From the IMG/VR virus record IMGVR_UViG_3300037861_000279, positions 1 through 56,298 of that record: a stretch of 56,298 bases of DNA; one strand, written 5' to 3'. The notes below the pieces were generated by a model. The model made no database searches. It was not told the origin of the DNA and saw only the letters and a list, made by a program, of their open reading frames with translations. The position numbers were made by a program, and so were the translations under genes. The DNA is from a virus. Lineage: Duplodnaviria > Caudoviricetes. Shown one piece after another: positions 1 to 8,705 of this stretch (positions are counted from its first letter, which is position 1; the number at the start of each line of letters is the position of its first letter).

Positions 1-144
1 CAATTCGGATCCGCACTACAGAAAATCTCTAGACTTCTCTACCATTTGCAAGAAGAGACTGGAATTGGCAGCAACCCTCGAAGCTATTCAGTTGAAACTC
101 GGGCGTGGTCTTACTCCAAAAGAAATCTCCGACACCAGGCTACA
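1..144. repeat. Terminal direct repeat copy 1 (circular assembly overlap)
   Basis: 1-144 equals 56155-56298 except C27 vs T56181; the reading frame continues across the junction. Confidence 0.97.
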
Positions 145-3100
145 CATGAAGGGCCTGCAGCAAGCCGGAGCTGACATCGAGGTATCATGTGGTGCCTGCT
201 ATGTTGACTCTGCCAGGATCAAAATCGGTCTTGCCGTGGAGAGATTCATTCGATTGTTTCCTGATTTCGCCCAACACAAAGAGGATCTCCTTTTTCAGCG
301 GGGGCTCGATAAGCTAAAGAGAGATAATCCGGATGTATTCACCAAGTTCACCAGCTACATTGCCCCGCAGAATATCAAGGCATCCGAGTCGAGGACAGAT
401 TATGACTCTGACATCCTCTTCTTGCCGCAAAAATTGGTTGACCTCTTTAACATCAGGTCCGGTTTGAGGTGGCAGTCATGGTCCGATTTCGAGGTTCCTC
501 ATCTTATCGATGCCATGCAGGCAGTCGTTGATCATGCCGCCAGGGGATTAAAGGCCCACACCTACACGAAGGTACCCCTTATGGCCGAATTGTTCGGCAG
601 AACAGGGATTATGATGAACATGTCCCTTATCCCGAAAGGCACTGGAGTTAATAAGGATGGATCTCTGGACTTTGATCCAGTCGAGGGGATGCCTTTTGAT
701 GTAGCCAAAGAACTGCGTAACAGGAAAGAGCACAGCAATACAGTGGGTACCATCGCCATCGGTGTTACTGATGAGAATATCCTGGCCATGATGGCAGATC
801 CTGATATCGACTTTATCATCCCATACCACAAGTCTGGCCTGCCAAAGATCATTGCAGACCGAGAGGGAATGGAAGCTTGGCAAGATTACACCGACTCACA
901 AAACAATAAAATCGGTGATAAAAAGCTGTTCGCCAAGTCTCGGTTCAAGGACATCGACGACTTCAGTGATTGGGACTCGACTCTTGCCTGGTGGGATGTC
1001 ACAAAGACGGGTGATGAGAATGCCAGTGTGTATCTAAAAACTGCCAGGGACGCTGGAGTAAAACCGAAATTTGCCAAGTTCAGCAATAAGCCTGGCTATT
1101 GGAAAACACTCATCGACCGGAAGATGTTCAACAACGATGGGGCCCAGATTATCCAGCAGGCACTTAAACCTGTCTACGACATGGAACTGGTGAACAAAAC
1201 CATCAGCGAGTACCAGGCCCCAAGGTCAGAGGCGGATCCACAGATTGTCGATGATATCGCCAATACAATGCCAAAGACTCTTTCCAATGAAGAGATAAAG
1301 ACAGGATCTCATAAGACCCAGTCACAGCACGACCTTCTTCTCTCGAAAAAGAAATCAGATCGCAGCAAGTCTGAAGAGAAAAGGATTGCCGGCATAAAAG
1401 ATAAGATCAAGAACGGTGTCAAGGCTGAGACTCTCAGATCTGATGGTGCCGCCAAAAAGGAATTGACCAAACCAGAGCAGGTTGGATTGGCTTACCTCTT
1501 CGACCTTCATAAGGCCCAGCAGATGTACCCTGGCGATTATGATCGGTTGATGAAGCTGTATACCAAGGCCGGAGGTCAGTTCTCTTTCTCCAGCCCTGCA
1601 GCCGGAAAAGCCGAGGAGGCCGAGCCAGCACAGGCAGATGGTGAGATCCAATATTCCATCCGGACAAAGCCAGCTCCGAAAGAGACCAAAAAGGCATACA
1701 AATTATTCAGGAAAGTAGGCGATGCAGCACACGCTCTATTCATAGGTCGTTCTATGCCCATGAAAGAAGGAACGTGGTATGACGCACAGTCTCCGCTCAT
1801 AAAAGACTTGGAAGGCCTTCCCGTTAACAAAACATATCTGATCGATAAAAAGGGCAATGCTGTTACCAAGAGATTTGCCAACAAGCAACAAGCTCCAAAC
1901 AAAAAGCTTATAAACGAGGCAGGCTTAGACGGAACAAGATACGTGCTGATCAAGGAGCACAAAAAGACAGGCGAGAGGCTATACCACAACTGGGGCATCA
2001 ATGGCAGTGGTGGAGTCTCCACCTTCGCCATGCGACCAGGCTGGCACTCTACCAACGTTCCGTCAGCTCGACATATAGGTGAGCAGGTAGACGGCAAAGT
2101 TGCCTACCGCAGAGAAGATGAACAATGGGCAGAGATAGAGGTCTCCGCCGATAAAGACTACAACGAGGAAGCAAACAGTCGAGCCTCAAAAGATATACCC
2201 GAGAATATCCCAGAAGACGGTTGGTACTCCTTCCAGACGAATACGAATGCCAACAAGGCACAGGATTGGTTTATCGGGGGAAGCATCAAGATCAACCGAT
2301 TTCTGTCCGACTTAGAAGCACAGGAGATTTCACTGGCTGACGGGTACGAAGCAGACCTGCCTAGAAAGAATGCTACAGAGGTCTCCGAGGCACCAGAAAC
2401 TTCGCTCAAACAACTCAAAGAAAAGCACAGTGGTTCAATCGGCACCATCCTGATCAGTGAGTCTGGCAACGACATTAAATTGGCTTCTATAATTGTACAG
2501 AAAGACAATCGTAAACAAGGCGTGGGTACTGCCTTCATGAACGATCTTGTCGCTCTAGCCGATTCTCAAGGTAAACGAATTTTGCTATCCCCAGGTCAGA
2601 AAGATGACAAGCACGGTACGTCCTCAAGATCGAGATTAGTCAAGTTTTATAAACGGTTCGGTTTTGTTGAGAATAAAGGAAGGAATAAAGACTTCCAAAT
2701 ATCCGAAGGAATGTTTCGTGATCCTGCCGACGATGTCTCCGAGTCTCCAGATACCTCCAAAGAAACAGGTCCGGTACAAGAGACCACACTCGGCGAGATC
2801 CTAAATAAAGCCCAGACCGAATCTGTTAACGAGGGAGTCCGGAAGTTGTCCAAGCTTCTCGGGCAATTCATCCCAGCAGAAAAACTAAAGATCAAAGTTG
2901 TAATCGATCCATCGGCGAGGTCTTCGAGCTTCAAGTCGAACAAAAACACAGGGTTTAAACAGATCACAATAAAGTCATCACTGAAGCATGGAGTTAACTT
3001 GCATGAGATCGTCCATGCAGTCACTGTGCTTGAAATGAATAGCAACCCCGTTCTCAGGCAGAAGGTCAAACACTTGATGCATCAAGTCAAAACGGACCTG

Positions 3101-6100
3101 ATTAAGAACGGTGTCATCTCCAAAGAATTACTCGATGCGGCTGCAGAGTCCAAAACAAGCAGAGAGTTTAAGAGCAACTTCAATGGCAAGATCGACAAGA
3201 CGGTGGGTGATATCGTCTATGCCTTCTTAAATGAGAAAGAGTTCCTGGCCCAGGCATTCTCTTCCAATAAATTCCAGAATCTTCTCAATGGTATTCAGGT
3301 CCGTGATAAGGGTGCTATGAAAAGTGCCTGGGACGCCTTCGTTGAGCTGGTAATGAAAGGTCTCGGAATAAACCCCAAACATGACAATGCCTTTTCTGAG
3401 GCGATCAAACTGGTTGCTGAACTGGCAGGGAAGGAGGCCACAACCGCAGACACAATCTCCTTGGAAAATATGTTCTCTCCAGATTGGTATTCAAGATTAC
3501 AGGGAACCCTGCAGGAAAAAGGAAGTACACAAACTGCAGACCAGTGGCTGAAGTCTATTTCCAGCTGGAAGAAAAAAGGCACCTTGCCTGCTCCGGTTCA
3601 AGAAGAACTTGAATGGTCAGGCCTCGAAGACTACCTGGCAGGACTTGGTAAGGAAAAGGTCTCCCGTGAGCAGCTGGCAAAATTTGTTGCTGACAATGGG
3701 GTTAAACTTGAGGAGGTTGTAAAGCAGGGAGGTAATCCAGACGGAGGTAATCCAGACGGAGACTGGGAGGATGCAACATCAGAGGAAATCCTCGAAGCGT
3801 ATATGGCCATGACCGGTCAGACCGAAGACGAGGTGCAGTGGGTTACCGAGGGAGACATGATAGTAGAACTAAACATGGAACTCGACCCATCAAATGATGC
3901 AGCAAAGTTTGTGGAATACCAACTCCCTGGCGGAAAGAATTATAAAGAGCTGTTGATCACCTTGCCCAAAAAAGAGAACACTCCCGAGAGAAAGAAGTTC
4001 GAATCCTTTATTGGCAAGATGGAGACGAAATATGGCGATGACTGGATAGACGAGATAACAAAAGCGGAAGAGGACGAGAGAAACATTCTCGCAAGGGACT
4101 CCGCAAATTCACAGGATCTCCAGTTCGATTCATCCCATTACGAAGAAGCCAATATCTTGGCTCATATCCGCTTCAACGAACGTTTGGACCCCGATGGTAA
4201 GAAGGTTCTTTTCCTTGAAGAGATCCAGAGTGACTGGCATCAGTCTGGAAAAAAGAAAGGCTATAAGGGAGACAGTGCTAAGTTCACCGAAAAATGGAAA
4301 GATCATGTTGAGAAGATAGAGCCTTACGTTAGTGCAAACAATGAGAACATAGCAGGTGAGGATATAGCGAATGTTGTCGGAGACCCCCTTGTCCTTGAAT
4401 CTATAGGAGTGCCTGAGGCAATAATAAACGAAGGCCTGGCGTTGGTTAAAGAGATGAATAGCGACTTGTCATCAGTGCCAAACGCACCATTCAAGAGCAC
4501 ACCGGCATGGACGATGTTGGCGATGAAACGGATGATACGCTATGCCACGGAGAACGGGTTTGACAAGGTTGCCTGGACTACTGGCGAGCAGCAGGCAGAA
4601 CGGTATGATCTGAGCAAGAAGATAAGCAGAGTTGTCTATGATCCAAACGATAAAACTCTTTTTGCCTATGACCTCGACAGCAAGCAGGTCATGAAAGAGC
4701 GCAATGTAGGAGAAGGTCAGATAGAGGATCACATTGGCAAGGAAGCTGCCAGGAGACTCACCTCAAAGGAAAACACCAATCTCAAGCATGAAAGCAAGGG
4801 AGGAGGAGTAAACTTCTATGAGATAGAAGGCGAAAATCTCAAGGTTGGCGGCGAAGGAATGAAGGCCTTCTATGACAAGATGCTCCCCTCCAACACGCAG
4901 AAATTCATTAAGCAGTTTGGTGGAAAGGTTGAGAATTTTCAGGTCGACGTCGGGTCTCAAGACTGGGTAAGTGGAAGCATGGTCATGGACTCAATGGGTA
5001 TTCCGGAAAAAGACCAGTCAGCCTATTGGGGAAACCTCGAGGCTGAAGAGCGTGATCAACTCCAAGACGACTACCGGAAAGAAATATCACATAGCAACCA
5101 GCAGGGGTTCTCAATAACTCCGGCCATGCAAGAGTCTGCAGGCATGCCTTTGTTCGCACCGAAAAGTTTAGAAGACGATGTGTCCGAAGCACCCCCAGGC
5201 GAAGACTCGATAGAGGGCATCATGTCCAACCTTCGTAAGACTGCCACAACCAAGGCAGATCTAGAGAAGGCTGGCATAGCAAAAGAACAAGAAATAATCG
5301 AACAATATCGGAAACTTGAGACACTTGCGAGAGATCCGCATTCTTCTATCGCAAGCAAGCAGGCGATGATCGCATCCTTCCTGAAAGTTCTTCCCGTGAA
5401 CGTCCGTGCAAAGGTCATCACTCCTTTGACTTTCATCAGCAGGTTTCTGGGAATTGGAACTCATACGAAGCGAATGGATGAGGCCCTTGCCCGTGCGGAA
5501 AAAGAACTTGTCAGTTACTTGAGTCGTGAGATAATTGCCGGTATTCAAAAGGGGATCACTCCCAAGAAACTGGCCAAAAACAGAATCAAGAAAGATACCA
5601 TCGGGCCTGCTGCAGCAAGAGATCTTCAGTTCATCAGGGACACTCTGAAAGAAGAAGATATCGAGGCGATTGCGGTACAGGTCGATGCTCAGATTCTAAG
5701 GAAAGAAGATGAACTCGAGGCGGCAACCGACAAGGAGGCCCTGGTAATCGAAGATGAATTGTCCGATCTCCGGTCTCACAGGAATATCATTGAGACATTT
5801 GGAGATCTCAAAACTCAGAACCTTGAGGATCTGTTGTTTGCCAAGGAGGCCCTGAACTCGATTGTCTCTGAGGGAAGAGCCCTGTGGAGAGCACAGCAGG
5901 AATCTTTCAAGGCAGCATTGGGACCAGTCGTTGCCAAAGTCCAACAGGACATTTCCGGCCAGGAAGATCCGACTGTTGAGTCAGCTGCAGAGGCCACCAA
6001 AAGAAGGGAGAAAGAGGACACAGTTAAGGGACGGGCGAAGAAGACTTGGAATGCAGTTGAGAACAGCATCCTGTCCTGGGAATTTTTGATGAACAAACTC

Positions 6101-8284
6101 TCTACTCTTGCCGGCGATAAAGTCCTGCAGTCATATACAACGAAGAAGATGTTATCAGTGGCCAAAAAAGCAACCGATGACGAGATCCTCTATAAGGATG
6201 AATCTGATACGACTATTCATTCAAAAGCTATGGAGATTTTCAACACCAAGAAGGATGCTGACCTGAATGAGCTTTTCATGGATCAGGAGATAAAGCAATC
6301 CGGAGAAGTCTTCGCATATGGCGAGATGGGGAAACAGCTTGGTGACTTCACCATGTCTCCCATGGAAGCTGCCTACATGTATGCCGTCCGGAAAAACCCC
6401 GACAGTATTCCGACATTCGAAGGCATGCACATGACCGACAAGACCTTCGATGAAATTGAGAAGTTTATCGGGCCGGAGCTGAAAGCGTGGGTCGACTATA
6501 ATGTCGATGAGTATCTGCAGGATTTCCACTACGATGTGAATCAGGTTTACCGGAAAGTTTTCGGAACCAATCTCTCTAAAACACCAGGGTATATCTCATG
6601 GTATCGAGATGTTCCCGGGAAGGTACAGGAAAAGGGTATAGCGGCGAGCCCTTCAGAGTCCGGAACTAAGGGAATGGCGAGGGGTGCATTCAAGGAAAGA
6701 GTCAAGAACACCAACCCCTACCGGATGATGAGCTTCAACGATGTGCTGATGAAGCATGTCGATGAGATGAACAACTTCCGTGCCTGGGCCATGCCTACCA
6801 AAGTTATAAACGGAGTGTTCAATAATCGACAGACACAACGATTGATAACTCAGCACCATGGGGCAAACCTGGCCAAGAATATTAAGCAATTCCAGACGGA
6901 CTTCACCAAGTCTCCGACAGAACTCCGTGGAGATCTGCCGTGGCTCGACCAGTTACGAGGCAACATCACAACGGCAATGACTGCCCTCAATCCTACAATC
7001 TTCCTGAAACAGTTGACCTCAATCCCAGCACTGGCAGAATCAATTCCAGCCAGTGCCTGGGCGAAGAACTCTGCCTTATTTTGGACAAATCCTCTGAAAG
7101 CCTGGAACATATTAAAAGATTCCAAAACCTGGGAAGGACGGAGACAAATGGGCATGGAGCGGGACATACGAACTGCCCAGGTCGTTTCCGGATCACAGGC
7201 TATTGCTAATGTCCGGAACCTGAAGAACAGAGCAATGTTTCTCGTAAAGTGGGGTGATGGTGCGGCTATTCTGGTGGGCGGATATCCTGTTTACAAATAT
7301 CATTTCGACAAAAATTTGAGTGAGATGGGCAAGGCTGCAGCTCACAAGTTTGCCCTTGGTAAGTTCGAAGAGGCCATGGACAGAACCCAGCAGTCTAGCG
7401 GCATAAAGGACCAGGGTAATATCCAGCGTTCCGGCAGCTATGCCAAGCTGTTCACCATGTTTATCACATCTCCAAAGCAATACACCTCCCAGATAACTGC
7501 AGCCATAAGGGGAATACACGCTAATCCAAAGGATGGGGATGCATACAAGAGACTGTTTATTTTTGGCGTACTCATGCCGTCCTTATTCAAAGCGACAGCT
7601 ACTGGCCTCCTTGGTATAATCGGTGGTGATGATGACGATAAAGAAGAGTTTGTCAGTGGCCAGATAAAAGCGATCTTGACCTCTCCTCTCAACGGGATCC
7701 CCATAGTTCGTGATCTCCAAAATGCTGTGTGGGAATCAGCTGTGGGAGAATGGTACGGTACCGATGTCGATTATTCTCCGGCCACTCAGGCCGGAAGTTC
7801 TTTGATGGGCGCCATTTATCATGGGGCAAAGTTGTTGTCCAGTGAAGAGATGACTCCCGAGAAGAAAGAGAAACATCAGAACTTAGCATTGAAAAATTTG
7901 TTTGAAACCGTTGGCTATCGTTTCGGTTTACCTGCCAATACCGTGCGGAAAATGGTTTTGGAAAACTGGGCTGATGTTGCCTCTGGAGAAACCGATTACC
8001 CAATCAGGAGGAGTCTCGGGTTTAGTCGTTATGCCATGGGCGAAAAAGCAAGTCGGTACACCAGAAACAAAACCAAGGTGGAAGATGCCACAAAGCGGAG
8101 AGAGGACAAAGAGCCGAGGGAAGGAGACGGTAATCTCTTAAAGCTCAATGGTTTTCTAAAGGACACAGAAACGAGAGTCAGAAGATTAAAAAAGCTCAAG
8201 GGCCTGGCAAAAACCAAAGAGAGCAAAGATGGCTATTCAGAGAAAATAGAAAAGGTTAGGTCACAATTTAATAATCGGTTCTAG
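2..8284 (+). CDS. Giant polyvalent virion/ejection protein, C-terminal part (continues from 52475 across the junction; whole protein 3987 aa)
   Basis: Frame is open from base 2 (NSDPHYRKSLDFSTICKKR), so the TTG at 65 is not the real start. Contains C-x46-CxxCY, an RPGWH domain, a GNAT (RKQGVGTAFM...FYKRFGF), a HEIVH zincin with EFLAQ, an EEIQSDWHQ domain and a long helical C-terminus. Last gene of the ejection-protein cluster. Confidence 0.9.
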   Translation, partial: NSDPHYRKSLDFSTICKKRLELAATLEAIQLKLGRGLTPKEISDTRLHMKGLQQAGADIEVSCGACYVDSARIKIGLAVERFIRLFPDFAQHKEDLLFQRGLDKLKRDNPDVFTKFTSYIAPQNIKASESRTDYDSDILFLPQKLVDLFNIRSGLRWQSWSDFEVPHLIDAMQAVVDHAARGLKAHTYTKVPLMAELFGRTGIMMNMSLIPKGTGVNKDGSLDFDPVEGMPFDVAKELRNRKEHSNTVGTIAIGVTDENILAMMADPDIDFIIPYHKSGLPKIIADREGMEAWQDYTDSQNNKIGDKKLFAKSRFKDIDDFSDWDSTLAWWDVTKTGDENASVYLKTARDAGVKPKFAKFSNKPGYWKTLIDRKMFNNDGAQIIQQALKPVYDMELVNKTISEYQAPRSEADPQIVDDIANTMPKTLSNEEIKTGSHKTQSQHDLLLSKKKSDRSKSEEKRIAGIKDKIKNGVKAETLRSDGAAKKELTKPEQVGLAYLFDLHKAQQMYPGDYDRLMKLYTKAGGQFSFSSPAAGKAEEAEPAQADGEIQYSIRTKPAPKETKKAYKLFRKVGDAAHALFIGRSMPMKEGTWYDAQSPLIKDLEGLPVNKTYLIDKKGNAVTKRFANKQQAPNKKLINEAGLDGTRYVLIKEHKKTGERLYHNWGINGSGGVSTFAMRPGWHSTNVPSARHIGEQVDGKVAYRREDEQWAEIEVSADKDYNEEANSRASKDIPENIPEDGWYSFQTNTNANKAQDWFIGGSIKINRFLSDLEAQEISLADGYEADLPRKNATEVSEAPETSLKQLKEKHSGSIGTILISESGNDIKLASIIVQKDNRKQGVGTAFMNDLVALADSQGKRILLSPGQKDDKHGTSSRSRLVKFYKRFGFVENKGRNKDFQISEGMFRDPADDVSESPDTSKETGPVQETTLGEILNKAQTESVNEGVRKLSKLLGQFIPAEKLKIKVVIDPSARSSSFKSNKNTGFKQITIKSSLKHGVNLHEIVHAVTVLEMNSNPVLRQKVKHLMHQVKTDLIKNGVISKELLDAAAESKTSREFKSNFNGKIDKTVGDIVYAFLNEKEFLAQAFSSNKFQNLLNGIQVRDKGAMKSAWDAFVELVMKGLGINPKHDNAFSEAIKLVAELAGKEATTADTISLENMFSPDWYSRLQGTLQEKGSTQTADQWLKSISSWKKKGTLPAPVQEELEWSGLEDYLAGLGKEKVSREQLAKFVADNGVKLEEVVKQGGNPDGGNPDGDWEDATSEEILEAYMAMTGQTEDEVQWVTEGDMIVELNMELDPSNDAAKFVEYQLPGGKNYKELLITLPKKENTPERKKFESFIGKMETKYGDDWIDEITKAEEDERNILARDSANSQDLQFDSSHYEEANILAHIRFNERLDPDGKKVLFLEEIQSDWHQSGKKKGYKGDSAKFTEKWKDHVEKIEPYVSANNENIAGEDIANVVGDPLVLESIGVPEAIINEGLALVKEMNSDLSSVPNAPFKSTPAWTMLAMKRMIRYATENGFDKVAWTTGEQQAERYDLSKKISRVVYDPNDKTLFAYDLDSKQVMKERNVGEGQIEDHIGKEAARRLTSKENTNLKHESKGGGVNFYEIEGENLKVGGEGMKAFYDKMLPSNTQKFIKQFGGKVENFQVDVGSQDWVSGSMVMDSMGIPEKDQSAYWGNLEAEERDQLQDDYRKEISHSNQQGFSITPAMQESAGMPLFAPKSLEDDVSEAPPGEDSIEGIMSNLRKTATTKADLEKAGIAKEQEIIEQYRKLETLARDPHSSIASKQAMIASFLKVLPVNVRAKVITPLTFISRFLGIGTHTKRMDEALARAEKELVSYLSREIIAGIQKGITPKKLAKNRIKKDTIGPAAARDLQFIRDTLKEEDIEAIAVQVDAQILRKEDELEAATDKEALVIEDELSDLRSHRNIIETFGDLKTQNLEDLLFAKEALNSIVSEGRALWRAQQESFKAALGPVVAKVQQDISGQEDPTVESAAEATKRREKEDTVKGRAKKTWNAVENSILSWEFLMNKLSTLAGDKVLQSYTTKKMLSVAKKATDDEILYKDESDTTIHSKAMEIFNTKKDADLNELFMDQEIKQSGEVFAYGEMGKQLGDFTMSPMEAAYMYAVRKNPDSIPTFEGMHMTDKTFDEIEKFIGPELKAWVDYNVDEYLQDFHYDVNQVYRKVFGTNLSKTPGYISWYRDVPGKVQEKGIAASPSESGTKGMARGAFKERVKNTNPYRMMSFNDVLMKHVDEMNNFRAWAMPTKVINGVFNNRQTQRLITQHHGANLAKNIKQFQTDFTKSPTELRGDLPWLDQLRGNITTAMTALNPTIFLKQLTSIPALAESIPASAWAKNSALFWTNPLKAWNILKDSKTWEGRRQMGMERDIRTAQVVSGSQAIANVRNLKNRAMFLVKWGDGAAILVGGYPVYKYHFDKNLSEMGKAAAHKFALGKFEEAMDRTQQSSGIKDQGNIQRSGSYAKLFTMFITSPKQYTSQITAAIRGIHANPKDGDAYKRLFIFGVLMPSLFKATATGLLGIIGGDDDDKEEFVSGQIKAILTSPLNGIPIVRDLQNAVWESAVGEWYGTDVDYSPATQAGSSLMGAIYHGAKLLSSEEMTPEKKEKHQNLALKNLFETVGYRFGLPANTVRKMVLENWADVASGETDYPIRRSLGFSRYAMGEKASRYTRNKTKVEDATKRREDKEPREGDGNLLKLNGFLKDTETRVRRLKKLKGLAKTKESKDGYSEKIEKVRSQFNNRF
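3728..3761 (+). repeat. 15-bp in-frame tandem duplication (GGNPD x2)
   Basis: GGAGGTAATCCAGAC twice, then GGAG. Confidence 0.9.
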
Positions 8285-8333
8285 GCTTTAAAAATGGTAT
8301 CGTATAAATAAAAATTCAAATGAGACCTCTATT

Positions 8334-8705
8334 ATGATAACTGCAATAGCAAACGAAGATGGAACCGTTGCTCTGGTTGGAAAGCAAGGGACCACTTGGG
8401 ACATATCACTAACTTTATTCCAAGATGAGGCCGGAACTGTTCCTTTTGATCTTACCCTGTACCTGGCTCGTGGTGAATATCGGAAAGACTACAAGACAAC
8501 ATCTCTTCCCCTTCTCGCTTTTACCTGTACCCCAGACCTAGGTGGGGATGCCAATGTGTTGAAAATAACTGCAACAGCCGCCTTAACAGCGGGGTTAGCA
8601 ATATTGTCTGGAGTGTATGATATAGAAGTTTACAACCAAGATGAGTCCTCTGTTGAGCGAGTACTAGAGGGTAAACTCACAGTGTCCCAAGAGGTCACAA
8701 AGTAA
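8334..8705 (+). CDS. Tail-fibre/baseplate adaptor-like beta-sandwich protein (BppU-N-like)
   Basis: Pattern GTTWDISLTL...FDLT...GVYDIEV...RVLEGKLTV; its stop overlaps the fibre gene start. Confidence 0.55.
   Translation: MITAIANEDGTVALVGKQGTTWDISLTLFQDEAGTVPFDLTLYLARGEYRKDYKTTSLPLLAFTCTPDLGGDANVLKITATAALTAGLAILSGVYDIEVYNQDESSVERVLEGKLTVSQEVTK

Noticed and set aside
65-67. TTG at 65 as the start of a 2739-aa protein
   Set aside because: The frame is open upstream and continues from ATG 52475 through the terminal overlap
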